64,000 nt of DNA from Eledone cirrhosa (GCA_964016885.1 OZ024741.1:413726001-413790000), one strand, 5' to 3'; counted from the stretch's first letter, positions 1 through 12,149 are shown. Notes: generated by a model not told the origin, from the sequence alone. Numbers and translations are program-made.

Positions 1-2
1 TA

Positions 3-272
3 GTGTACATAGGTGAGACAGCTCGTAGTATAGGGGAACGAATAAATGAACACTGGCGAGACCTCCAAGATAATAAAGAATCATCTGTGCTCTACCAACA
101 TGCTAAGATAGAACACAGGGGTAGATTAGAGAGCATAGAAATAAAAATAGAATCCACACACAGAAAAGACGCAATGTTTAGGCAAATTACAGAGGCAGTA
201 AGCGTAAAAGAATTAAAACCAAAATTAAATAGAAAATATGAGTGGAACAGCAACATCACAACTTACAATTAA
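3..272 (+). pseudogene. GIY-YIG endonuclease fragment of a Penelope-like element
   Basis: YIGET-x-R-x4-R-x2-EH motif, conserved His and Glu, and a C-terminal P-x-LN. Confidence 0.8.
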
Positions 273-579
273 GGACAAAATGAAAACACACACACACATA
301 GAACAAACAACTTACAATTGAAAACACACACAAAATGAAAACACACACAGGAGAAAATGAAAACACACACACACATAGAACAAACAACCAACCAACAATA
401 AATAAATAAATAAATAAACAAATAGAAAAATATAAATAGAAAAATAGAAAAATGAACACAAACACACACAGACACCCGGATGTGGCGCATGCGCAAACTG
501 AGCACACAACACACACACAGAAACAAAATGGCGTAGGATAGAAGAAAGGAAAGGCACAGAAACGAAGAAAGGAATCCCC

Positions 580-624
580 AGTCACTGAAGAGGTCATAGA
601 GTGTGTGACGAAAGGACTATGACT
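580..624 (+). ncRNA. Minimal type I hammerhead ribozyme (PLE-associated)
   Basis: AGTCA-CTGAAGA-G-GTCATA(GAGTG)TGTGAC-GAAA-GGAC-TA-TGACT: stem I AGTCA/TGACT, CUGANGA core, 6-bp stem II, GAAA and a minimal stem III. Confidence 0.7.
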
Positions 625-776
625 ATATATATAAACAACTATCTAGTTGTGGAACCAACCAACCAACCAGAAATTTATAAGTTTGTAAATTTATAAATTT
701 ATAAATATATAATAAATTGAAGTGAAAGCAACTGGTGCGTGTGTTTCTTATTGGCAACATGACCCTCCCAAAGTAT

Positions 777-823
<47 letters not shown>

Positions 824-826
<3 letters not shown>

Positions 827-1210
827 GATATTAAACAAATGGAAACTATATTTATAAAACCATATTTATTTCGTTATATATATTTCTGGGATATCATATT
901 AAAAATATGGTATGCCTTCCTCAGACAAAATACAATATATAAGCTGTTTTATAAATAATTTTGACATACCTTAGAATAATGCAACTTCCATTTAAAAAGT
1001 TGATTTGGAAGTTGCATTATTCTAAGGTATGTCAAAATTATTATGGAAGTTGCATTATTCTAAGGCATGTCAAAATTATTTATAAAACAACTTATATATT
1101 GTATTTTGTCTGAGGAAGGCATACCATAATTTTAATATGATATCCCAGAAATATATATAACGAAATAAATATGGTTTTATAAATATAGTTTCCATTTGTT
1201 TAATATCGTA
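824..1210. repeat. Long inverted repeat (~168-bp arms) with an internal 37-bp direct duplication; probably a non-autonomous PLE/retrozyme remnant
   Basis: 824-991 is the near-perfect reverse complement of 1043-1210. TGGAAGTTGCATTATTCTAAGG-ATGTCAAAATTATT occurs at 1006 and 1044. A CTGAGGA...GAAA motif lies at 1110-1151. Confidence 0.75.
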
Positions 1211-1295
1211 AACCTACTCCAAAAACTGTTGAGTGCTTTTATATCAGTTATAAAATATTTACTCGTTGTAACCCAACAATTTTAAATAAAACTTT

Positions 1296-1335
<40 letters not shown>

Positions 1336-1337
<2 letters not shown>

Positions 1338-2086
1338 GGATCAGATGTTGTTTACTCGAGAGAAGGCTACGTTGGTACGGTCACGTGATGCGCATGAAAG
1401 ACGACAGCTGTATAACAAAGTGCAGGGCAATAAAGATAGACGGTAGCCACGGAGTAGGCAGACCCAGAAAAACATGGGACGAGCTGATAAATTCCGACCT
1501 CACACGCTTACACCTCTCCAAGACAATGTCACTGGACCGAGACCTTTGGCGGTACTCAGTAATAGAGAAGACCCGCCTTACCTAAATACAAAGTAAAAAC
1601 CTACTACAGTCAGTAGGCATCTCTATCAAAACACCCCCCGTCCCACCACCTCCACCCCATCCACACCGCCCCTTTCAATGTAAAGTTATGTTGGTCCCAC
1701 AACATCCAGGCCGAAACAAATGAGATCGTGTAGGTGTCACGACAAAAAAACACACAGTCCACGCTGTAAATGTGGCCGTGTAGGCAACACGGTAAAAACC
1801 TCCCAGCCCCACACTGTAAATGTGGTTGGTGTTAGGAAGGGCATCCAGCTGTAGAAAACCCGCCAGACAGTCCACGCTGTAATGTGGCCGTGTAGGCAAC
1901 ACGGTAAAAACCTCCCAGCCCCACACTGTAAATGTGGTTGGTGTTAGGAAGGGCATCCAACTGTAGAAAACCCGCCAGACAGTCCTATGCGAGCAAGACA
2001 ACCACTCTTGCCTCAAGTGGGAAAACCCCCGTCCAAACCCATGCAAGCATGAAACACGGACGCTAAACTTGATGATGATGATGATA
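1336..2086 (+). mobile_element. 5'-truncated RTE-clade LINE (end of ORF plus 3' UTR with (GAT)n tail)
   Basis: Translates GIRCCLLERRLRWYGHVMRMKDDSCITKCRAIKIDG..GRPRKTW, nearly identical to 19407-19640. The 3' UTR has tandem CCACACTGTAAATGTGG units and ends in GATGATGAT at (TA)n. Confidence 0.88.
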
Positions 2087-2345
2087 TATATATATATATA
2101 TATAGGAACCAGTAAGACCCCGACAGCTGAGCTCAAGCCGTTTCGACGGCTAATTCTGGACTAAATGAAAATTTATCCTGGTATTTAAATAGCCGAACTT
2201 CGCACAAAACATCGTCTCCTCTAACAACAAAAAACTCAACCCCGATGGCAGAAATAACCTAAATAGCAGTGGAGAACCGACCAGGAGGTGTAACTGCCCG
2301 GATAGATCTATTTGCCCACTCGACAATAGATGCAGAGACCGTAAT

Positions 2346-2735
2346 GTGATCTACCAGTGCAACGTGAGGACGGATACCTCCAACAAAGCCTATATAGGAC
2401 TTACCGCATGTGACTTCAAGACCCGGCTATACCAACATAGACATACCTTCCGAAACCCGGCCCGGCGTCACGCCACTACACTTTCGGGCCACATATGGGA
2501 CCTCAAGGACAACAACATCACCTATGATCTCACTTGGAGATTACTGTCCAGAGCCAATTCTTACACGGGAGGACGCCGTCAGTGCAATTTATGCTCGGAG
2601 GAAACTTTACAAATGCTGTTTTCGACGGACCAACTCCTAAACAAGAAAGATGAACTGGTTACTGCATGTAAACATAGATTGCGTAGGACTTACCTCGCCC
2701 TCAAACCCCATAATGACCCGGGGGGGGTAGACTAG
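2346..2735 (+). pseudogene. GIY-YIG endonuclease domain of a Penelope-like element
   Basis: VIYQC..YIGLT..FKTRLYQH..CNLC-x-EE..LLNK motifs, preceded by the Cys-rich linker CNCPDRSICPLDNRC. Confidence 0.85.
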
Positions 2736-3841
2736 GGCTATAACACCCCACTTGCCGATTTTGCAATGGGTAACCCTGCTTGCCAAGGGAGACGTAAGAT
2801 CTTCTTTGTATCCTTTTATCGCTTCCTTTATTTCCTTCCCCCCTCTCTCCTTAGTCCTTCTACCCCAGCTCTTCTCCTTTGTCGGCGTCTTTTCTCGCCC
2901 AGCCGAGGCTGCCCTTTGGCCCATTGTAGCCTTAGTACCCCCACCCCCTCCCCTAGTCTATGATAGATTTGGCGGACTCCGCCCTTTATAGCAGTTGGTT
3001 TAGACACCGGATACTTGTCCCCTTTTTCCGACCGCTCCCACTATTCTCTGTGCCCTCTATATTTCTTAGTGGCACTTATGCCTTATTTTTTCGTTTCAGT
3101 ATTTCTTTCTTCGCTTTTCTTTTGGGCGGGGTGGATTCTGAATTTATTTTTCCGTATTCTACCTTTACTTCGTACGAACTTTCATGTAGCTTGTTTTAGA
3201 TCTTTTAGAGTTAGCATTAGTATATATTTTTCTCGGGACTCAGAATTATTATCTCGTACAAGTTCACTTTGCTGCACTGGGTGGTTGCCGGCATTGTGCC
3301 CGGGATGGAAACCTTTATTGTTTATTTCCTGGTAGTCTCTTTAGTATTTTGGCCCCTTTTGTTGACTCGTCACCGTATCATTTACGTACTTATACCTCTT
3401 AAAAGGGTCCTTGCCTTATCCGTCCCACCTAGTTCTTTTACTTATTTCGTTATTTCTTTATTTCTTTCTTTACTTCTTTCTTTCTTTATTTATTTATTCT
3501 AGCCTAACAATAGCTAGAGACCTAGGTCGTAGAATTTAATTTACTTTACTTTTTTCTTTACACTTATTTGCTTTTCTTCACTCTCAGTATTTTTTCTTTC
3601 CTATATATTTTTACCCCCCATTGTTCTACCTACCGTTCCGACTTCCTCCCCCTCCCCCCTCCCCTGTATCTTCTTTGACCTCATGCCCAGCTGTAGCTGG
3701 CACTACCAACGCTAGATTGGGTCTACTCCACCCTCTCCCCTCTTTCTCCTACTGGCAGGTTTAGCCACCATCTCCCCTACTAATTTGCAACCACAGAATT
3801 ACTACTGATTTTTGACAATCACTTTGACCATATATGGAATT

Positions 3842-3935
3842 ACCCCTTGAGAAGATCGGCTATTTAAATACCAGGATAAATTTTCATTTAGTCCAGAATT
3901 AGCCGTCGAAACGGCTTGAGCTCAGCTGTCGGGGT
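3842..3935 (+). ncRNA. Type I hammerhead ribozyme with U3-A8 variant core
   Basis: ACCCC-TTGAGAA-GA(T)CGGCTA...TAGCCGTC-GAA-ACGGC(TTGAGCTCA)GCTGT-C-GGGGT. All three stems pair, and the GUC triplet predicts cleavage after 3930. Confidence 0.75.
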
Positions 3936-4026
3936 CTTACTGGTTCCTATTACCCACTCTACTACCTCAGGTATTGAGTACTTTGGTGCGTTATGGTCCA
4001 CCTGGTTCCTTACCACATTTCCTTCG

Positions 4027-4613
<587 letters not shown>

Positions 4614-4614
4614 A

Positions 4615-4658
<44 letters not shown>

Positions 4659-4962
4659 ATACTTGGGGAGGGTCATATTTGTGTAATATTGCCAGAATTA
4701 ATATCAGAACACACTCGCTGTTGGTTTTCGCTTTTCGCTTCTGTGTCTTTTATATCGGTTAATTTAATTTATTCGGTCCTTAATGTTGCCATTGACTGAC
4801 CAACGGTCAAAAATACAGATACAATATAGACACAAACACATATAGATAGTTTATCATAAATCTTTCGTTGCACATCTGCAACATCGTCAGTGGCGCTATT
4901 GTTTCCTCCCGTTACATTGTATTTTCTACGCCATCTTTATTTAGCCTGTTTATATATTTATT

Positions 4963-5563
4963 ATACAGGAGCAAATCATGGAATAGCTTAGATAGGGCTA
5001 GACATAAGATAGGGAAAGCCACCTCATGGTACGACAACCAGAGATACCAGAGTGTCATGTTTGTGGACGCTACCCCTGAAGGGAAATTAGCTAACCAGTG
5101 TAGAAAGGCCCTGAGAAAGACCCACTTAAAGATTAAGGTGGTAGAAAAGCCAGGAACCACCATAAAATCCCTGATCAGCAAAACCTATCCGTTTAAGAAA
5201 ACCCACTGTACTAATAGGAAATGTATCATATGTAAGGTAAACCCCCGGATAAACTGTAAAATTAGAAACGTAGTCTATAGCATAAGATGTACAGAGGGTA
5301 CTTGCAGAAACATGACAACAACATACATAGGCGAGACAGCTCGTAGCATAGGTGAAATGATAGACCAACACTGGGGGGAACTAAAAGGACGAAAAAATGG
5401 TTCACTACTATACGAACATGCCAGACAACAACACGACGGTAACATAGACAACATAGAAATTAGAATAATATCTAAACATAGAAATGACCCAGCAGATAGG
5501 CAAATCAGACAGGCCAGTGAAATAGAACTTAGAAGGCCAAGGTTAAACAGAATAAATGAATGA
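4963..5563 (+). pseudogene. PLE linker plus GIY-YIG endonuclease fragment
   Basis: Homologous to ORF 3-272 (YIGETARSIGE). The N-terminal part of the called ORF 4868-5563 is read-through from the inverted repeat. Confidence 0.8.
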
Positions 5564-5846
5564 AATAACAACAACACCCAAACAAACAACACTGACCTAA
5601 GAGAAGTATAAATAAATAGATAAATAAATAAATAAATACATACACAAGCACAATAACAACAAACACATATAAACACACACTAGTAAAGATAGAATACATT
5701 AACCAATACACAGTCACCCAATCACGAACACACATCAAACAAAACACTATACACACACGCAAAGAAGACAAAATAAATAAATAAATATATAAACAGACTA
5801 AATAAAGATGGCGTAGAAAATAAAATGCAACGGGAGGAAACAATAG

Positions 5847-5890
5847 CACCACTGACGATGTTGCAGATGTGCAACGAAAGAACTTTGATA
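5847..5890 (+). ncRNA. Minimal hammerhead ribozyme motif with a degenerate stem I; inverted copy at 4852-4895 (-)
   Basis: CTGACGA-T-GTTGCA(GATG)TGCAAC-GAAA-GAAC-TT-TGATA. The minus-strand copy reads CTGACGA-T-GTTGCA(GATG)TGCAAC-GAAA-GATT-TA-TGATA. Confidence 0.6.
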
Positions 5891-6150
5891 AACTATATAT
5901 ATGTGTTTGTGTCTATATTGTATCTGTATTTTTGGCAACATTGAGGACCGAATAAATTAAATTAACCGATATAAAAGACACAGAAGCGAAAAGCGAAAAC
6001 CAACCAAACAGTGAGTGTGTTCTGTTATTAATTCTGGCAATATTACACAAATATGACCCTTCCCAAGTATAACAATATTTGTTTCGACACACGATTTCAT
6101 ATCAAAAACCTCGCAAAACTAATATATATATATATGTGTGTGTGTGTCTA

Positions 6151-6182
<32 letters not shown>

Positions 6183-6596
6183 AACTAAGATGCTTCCATA
6201 GGCGGTATGCCGTTTGAGCACGCTATGCTCTTATGGAGCAGAGTATTATAGAAAGGAAAACGAAAAATCAATGATGCATCGGAACTCAATTTATTGTGTG
6301 TTGCAATTGTTTCCCCGGCGAACAGCTCGAGGTGCGATCCGTGTGTGGATCGACCTGACTCTAGACTCGCAGGTTCCTCGGACACGTTTAGTGATTTCGG
6401 AGCATATCCTCTTTCTGGGGTTTTCTGGCCTTACAAGCCTATATCGTCCACTTTCATCCGCTTTGAGCGTCCTTGAGTTGGTCACTGGTTAGTGACGTCA
6501 TCATTATTCTGACCACTTGTATCAGCCCGCTGACCGTCAGGGCATAGGCTGTCACTCACCCACTGTCCCGTCGGCAAAATTACTGGTTTGTCAGCT

Positions 6597-6970
6597 CACA
6601 CTCCCACTCGCGCACACACACACACACACAGATACTGACAGATACAAACAGAGTAGCTTGTGTGCTTACGTTCACACACAGAAATAGTCACACAAATATA
6701 CGCATACATGCACACAGAGGCACACACGCACATGTATATACGCACACATATACACAGACACACACACATACATGCACAGACACACACGTACACATCCGTA
6801 CATATACATACACTCACAGATATATATATACACATACATACATTTACACACATATATATATATATACACACACACATACCCTAATACATTTTTTCCCTTG
6901 CACGTGTGCATACACACACAGACTCGCACATATATTCTTACACATATATTCTTACACATATGTATATGTA
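6597..6970. repeat. Degenerate (CA)/(TA) low-complexity tract
   Basis: Mixed CA/TA dinucleotide repeats. Confidence 0.9.
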
Positions 6971-7636
6971 AAAAATGAAACGAAATTTCATTTCTCACTC
7001 TTAGTACGGCTTTACAAACACACCGAGCATTATAATAAATGTTCGGTGAATCCATACGTACATATATATATGTGTGCATGTATGTATATATATATACATA
7101 CTACTGTACGTCTGTATACATATATGTATGTACGTATACATACTTATATTTAAGTAACAGCCGTACTAAGAGTGAGAAATGAAATTTTGTTTCATTTTTT
7201 CCGTTTATCGTTTTCGGTACCCCGGCCGATTAACTCACTCGATATGCAAATTAGGCTGCTCAGCCGTTAATATGCTTAAGAAAAGTATATACTTTCAGAC
7301 GTTCAACCATCTGGCAGGAAGGTATACGTTGCTGACAATAGCTAATAAGCATGAAACTAGTACAGCGTTCCTTTGTTAGTGTTGAACAAATGAGCAACGA
7401 TGGTTGCTAGACACTGTACGGCTTAATTCGAGATGTTTGTTTGTTTACAAACACACCAAGCATTATAATAAATGTTCGGTGAATTCATACGTACATATAT
7501 ATATGTGTGCATGTATGTATATATACATACTACTGTACGTCTGTATACATATATGTATGTACGTGTACATACTTATATTTAAGTAACAGCCGTACTAAGA
7601 GTGAGAAATGAAATTTCGGTTCATTTTTTCCGTTTA
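6971..7636 (+). mobile_element. Non-coding retrozyme-like / non-autonomous PLE element (~433-bp unit, ~1.4 copies, short inverted head)
   Basis: 7011-7207 is repeated at 7444-7636. 6971-7010 is the reverse complement of 7160-7200. Hammerhead-like fold at 7326-7368. No credible ORF. Confidence 0.65.
7326..7368 (+). ncRNA. Degenerate minimal type I hammerhead ribozyme
   Basis: ACGTTG-CTGACAA-TAGC(TAATAA)GCAT-GAAA-CTAG-TA-CAGCGT: 6-bp stem I and a palindromic CTAG loop III. The core has a G8>A change and stem II is imperfect. Confidence 0.6.
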
Positions 7637-8052
7637 TATATATATATTTATATATACGTACAAAATTCTTTCCTCGCTCACATTCACACGGCCAAGATGT
7701 GTCTTTCGTCTTCTCGTCAATATTCGCACGTGCTTATGTTCAAAATGAATCATTGACTTGATTTTCTCATTTTTTCCTCTCTTTACGTTGCCTCACTATT
7801 CCTATTTGTCTCTCTTTCTCCACCCAACTCTTTTTATCCCAATAACTTATTTTAGTTATTGTATTGCCCTAGCCTGAGGTATATGGTCTGTAATGTGAAG
7901 AAATACCTATGATGGCTAGTAAACCACTGATGATGGATAGTCCTGGCTTCTATTTCTAATTCTTTATTATATATATCATATTTGCAACAACACAGCTCGC
8001 CATTTTCCATTCATATATATATACACACACACACACACATATATATATGTAC

Positions 8053-8083
<31 letters not shown>

Positions 8084-8637
8084 TACACACATACATATAT
8101 ATATATGTATATGTATATATATATATATGTATATAGTGAAATAAAATAACAAGGATGATTGGTTACTCCTTCATTATGTTTATTGGTTGGTGACGCGCGT
8201 TTCTCCACTGATCAGCTGAATGTTCGATCTGTATCGATCTGACCTGACTCTGTAATCTGTGGCTCGTCAGACCCCTTGTAATGTTAATGGAAAAATGAAT
8301 ACATGCTGTATGATAAAGTCAGAAGTTCCTATGGTGGTCAGTAAAGTTTGTTTTGATTGGTGGATTAATTCATAGGGATGTTTTTGCCTATTATTATTTT
8401 ACATCTGCTTTTCCCTGCATATGTATGTTGTTGCCAACAATAGCAGCTGAAACCAACCAATGAAAAGTTGCCACAATCATTCATTGACAAGTTCTGTCTC
8501 TCTGAAGTATAACTCCTTAGGTAAATATTACCTTATGGTTCCGGCTGACAGAATTATGAATGTGTTAACCTGGAAGTTAGCAAGAGAGAGAAATACACTG
8601 AAACAGACATTCGAATTTGCACAGCTTATCGTTGGCC

Positions 8638-8820
8638 AAGTCTCCCCTATTATAGGTCCAGGAAGCCAGGACACCAGAAGTCTTCCCTGTTACCAGTTTA
8701 GGGACCCAGAACACTATAACTCTCCCCTGTTATTGATCCAGTAACACAGAACACCAGAAGTCTCCCCTGTTATAGGTCCAGTGACCCAGGAGATTAGAGG
8801 TTTCCCCTGTTATAGGTTCC
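8638..8820. repeat. 40-bp minisatellite, ~4.5 diverged copies
   Basis: TCTCCCCTGTTATAGGTCCAG-like units start at 8641, 8681, 8721, 8761 and 8801. Confidence 0.85.
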
Positions 8821-9199
8821 ATAATAAACCTATTTGAAAGCAGCTGATTCTTCAAGAACCTGTTGAACAACAAAAGCTGGATCTGCCACTGAATTCACTA
8901 GGTTGCTACTGGAGAAAGTGTCACAGCATATCATGTCCTAGATGAGGTCACTTACCACCATGGAACAGGAAGATTGTGATGCCATCTGTTTTTTTTTTTG
9001 TTGTCCTCACTATCTAATCCCACCAGTTCAAGCTGTGATGAGAAACCAGAAGTATGCAAGGCACAGCGGCCAGTACAGAGACAGCATGAGAGCAGATAAA
9101 GACTGTAAGTAGCTGCCATGAATCCACAACAGCATTTGTATTGTTTCCAGATTTGAAGACAAAACCTCAAGAATCTTTAAAATTTCTGTGAGAAATGAG

Positions 9200-10670
9200 T
9201 AACGTTACTCCAAAGACCCTTTAGAGGAACCCCATTTCGGCTGCTTGTATTTGCGATCGTATTCTTTCAGTCATTACGCAAGATTCATGATCATAGGTAA
9301 GGGTTGGCACAAATACCAAATTGAAGGTAGTGAGTTTGCCTTTTACACTTACCTCTGTTCTTCTGATTACCGAATGCTGAAGCTGGTGCATTATTGCACC
9401 AATTCTTGCAATTCTTGCACCAAATTCAGCCTCCTGCCTTGAACCTCTCCATATGTTTCAGTGGAACTCCATTCACATGTAGTGTGCACTGCACAGGCTT
9501 CCTTGAGAGGACGAGTGTCTCAGTCTTCATTCCAGCCATGCAGCACTCGGCATCAAACCTATCAAGTGCAAATCGGAGATCACTTTCTGTTGAGTTAAGT
9601 AACACCATGTTGTCTGCAAATTCCTGCCAACTGATTTTCCACCTATCAGTTGTGATACCACATCCAACCCAGCTGTGCATATCAATCCTGTTCATGAAAA
9701 TAATGAACAGGAGAGGTGACAGTACGCACCCTTGGTGGAGTCTGACTCCTACATATGATTTAGCACCATTTATCTAAACACAAATACTCAGGCATTCATA
9801 CAGAGACATCAAGGCAGCAAGAAGCTGACCATTAACCCCATACTCCTGCAAAACCTTTCATAGCAGTTCACAACCATATACCTCTTGGCAATAATTCCAT
9901 GATTTCTCGAAGACCTGCCGCAGTGTGGATATTTGGTTGGCTGTGCTGCACCCGGGGTGAACCACAGTTCACCAGCTAGCTTGGACTCAACAATCTCCAT
10001 ACATTTCTTTACCAGACAGCATAGACTTTACTGGGGAGGTTTAACTTGGAGATCCCTCTGTAATTGGAACAATCTCTCTTGTCTCCCTTTTTGAAAATTG
10101 GGATTATCACTCCCGATTGCCATTACTTAGGTACCCATCCAGAGATCCAGGCCCCCCAGCACACATGAGTCAGCCAGAGAATAACTTCTCTATTTAAGGC
10201 TTTTAACATCTCTGGCTGGATTTCATCTTCCCCATCGGCCTTGCCACATTTGAGCTCTTTAACTACTCTTGTGACCTCAGCCTCCAAGAGATTAGTCATC
10301 GCTACCAAATACACCTCGTTTACGATGAGATGCAGTTATGATTGGGTTTAGGAGATCAGCAAAGTATTCTCTGCACCTCTCTGGTGAGAAAACACCAGAC
10401 GTGTTCATGATAGCGTGCGATGGAGAGCTTCTTACTACAAAGTCGAGGGATGGTCTGCCAGAATACTTTATTTGCTGATCCAATGTCAGATTCCAGCTTA
10501 GTACCCAAGTCCTCCCATGTCTTAACTGTGGATGCCTTTACTGTCTCTGTTTCGATTCGTTGTGCTTGTTTGTACCGCAAATGCAAGGAGGACTTATTTC
10601 CAAGCCAAACATGGTGGGGTCCTTCTGTCATCTGGCGCCACACCAAGCCTCTTTCACACAGTGATTCCAA
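9200..10670 (-). mobile_element. Decayed non-LTR retrotransposon (RTE-like) RT fragment
   Basis: Minus-strand fragments [44 protein letters not shown] and FADNMVLL, with many frameshifts and stops. Confidence 0.8.
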
Positions 10671-10672
10671 AT

Positions 10673-11488
10673 ACCATATTTCTAATGAAAGGCACTGTCT
10701 ATGTTGTTTAACCCTTTCATTACCATATTTCTAATGTAAGACACTGTCTATGTTGTTTAACCCTTCCATTACCATATTTCTATTGTAAGACACTGTCTAT
10801 GTTGTTTAACCCTTTCATTACCATATTTCTAATGTAAGATACTGTCTATGTTGTTTAACCCTTCCATTACCATATTTCTATTGTAAGACACTGTCTATGT
10901 TGTTTAACCCTTTCATTACCATATTTCTAATGTAAGATACTGTCTATGTTGTTTAACCCTTCCATTACCATATTTCTAATGTAAGACACTGTCTATGTTG
11001 TTTAACCCTTTCATTACTATATTTCTAATGTAAGACACTGTCTATGTTGTTTAACCCTTTCATTACCATATTTCTAATGTAAGATACTGTCTATGTTGTT
11101 TAACCCTTTCATTACCATATTTCTAATGTAAGATACTGTCTATGTTGTTTAACCCTTCCATTACCATATTTCTATTGTAAGACACTGTCTATGTTGTTTA
11201 ACCCTTTCATTACCATATTTCTAATGTAAGACACTGTCTATGTTGTTTAACCCTTTCATTACTATATTTCTAATGTAAGACACTGTCTATGTTGTTTAAC
11301 CCTTTCATTACCATATTTCTAATGTAAGACACTGTCTATGTTGTTTAACCCTTTCATTACCATATTTCTAATGTAAGATACTGTCTATGTTGTTTAACCC
11401 TTCCATTACCATATTTCTAATGTAAGACGCTGTCTATGTTGTTTAACCCTTTCATTAACCATATTTCTAATATAAGACACTGTCTATG
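10673..11488. repeat. 49-bp minisatellite, ~17 copies
   Basis: Unit ACCATATTTCTAATGTAAGACACTGTCTATGTTGTTTAACCCTTTCATT, highly homogeneous. Confidence 0.98.
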
Positions 11489-11548
11489 ATATATACACTC
11501 TCTATGATATATACACCATATACTCAGCTGTTTAATTTCTTCTTTCAG

Positions 11549-11660
11549 GTGATTCAGACATTTATTTCTTCAAAAGATGAAATGTTTAAGGTTCTCTCTA
11601 TGATGACTATGGCATATATAGTTGAAGAGGAAGATAACCAGGCATTGATTGAGGAAACTG
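11549..11660 (+). CDS. Internal exon A of an armadillo-like repeat / TIR-domain protein gene
   Basis: Acceptor tttcttctttcag| and donor |gtgaac. Encodes VIQTFISSKDEMFKVLSMMTMAYIVEEEDNQALIEET-G. Ends in phase 1, matching the next exon. Confidence 0.8.
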
Positions 11661-11688
11661 GTGAACATATATTTTGCATTTTTTTGTA

Positions 11689-11690
<2 letters not shown>

Positions 11691-11756
<66 letters not shown>

Positions 11757-11826
11757 TCTCTCTTCTCTTCTCTCTCTCTCTCCCTCTCTCTCTTCTCTTC
11801 TCTCTCTCTCTCTCTCCCTCTTCTCT

Positions 11827-11872
<46 letters not shown>
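11691..11872. repeat. (CT)n followed by (TA)n microsatellite
   Basis: Read directly from the sequence. Confidence 0.97.
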
Positions 11873-11877
<5 letters not shown>

Positions 11878-12098
11878 GTTGGTGCTCTGAAATAGCGATG
11901 TATATATGAATGTACATATTGTATATTTACTAATATTAAAAAACTATTTTGCTGAATCTAGGTATGTGACTATAGTCGCGACCTTAAATTCATAGCAGAA
12001 GGCCTTCAAAATGTTTTTTAAATAAACATACAGTATATTATTAAATCTACAATACATACATTCATATATACATCACTATTTCAGAGCTCCAACACAAA
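11872..12098. mobile_element. Foldback/MITE-like element (internally deleted); related copies at ~13960-14165 and ~19997-20301
   Basis: TTTGTGTTGGTGCTCTGAAATAGCGATGTATATATGAATG is inverted to CATTCATATATACATCACTATTTCAGAGCTCCAACACAAA. The core GTGACTATAGTC..CCTTAAATTCATAG..GGCCTTCAAAATG is shared with the other copies. Confidence 0.6.
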
Positions 12099-12149
12099 TG
12101 TTTAATTGTTGCTGGGCTGACAACCGCTCTGTATGTTAATGAGTTTAAA

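Larger units (their letters stand above)
1..782 (+). mobile_element. Penelope-like element (PLE), 3' part: GIY-YIG endonuclease C-terminus plus terminal repeat; cut by the window edge
   Basis: ORF 3-272 reads YIGETARSIGERINEH...LYQHAKIEH...RQITEA...KPKLN, typical of PLE GIY-YIG domains. It is followed by an A/C-rich 3' region and a hammerhead-like motif (580-624). The terminus ATGACCCTCCCAAAGTATAACAATAT is shared with the element ending at ~6078 and abuts (TA)n. Confidence 0.85.
4652..6078 (+). mobile_element. 5'-truncated Penelope-like element with an inverted ~310-bp terminal repeat copy at its 5' end
   Basis: 4652-4962 is the reverse complement of ~5777-6078. ORF part 4963-5563 has the RT-thumb/linker (VMFVDATPEGKLA), Cys motif CTNRKCIIC..C and GIY-YIG (VVYSIRC..YIGETARS). 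Confidence 0.88.

Noticed and set aside
6185-6600. GC-richer segment with overlapping short ORFs and a TGACGTCA site
   Set aside because: No recognisable protein motifs. It is probably an unclassified repeat fragment, and a single CRE-like 8-mer is not evidence of a promoter.
7922-7950. CTGATGA-T-GGA(TAG)TCC hammerhead-like start
   Set aside because: No GAAA follows the short stem, so it is too degenerate to call.
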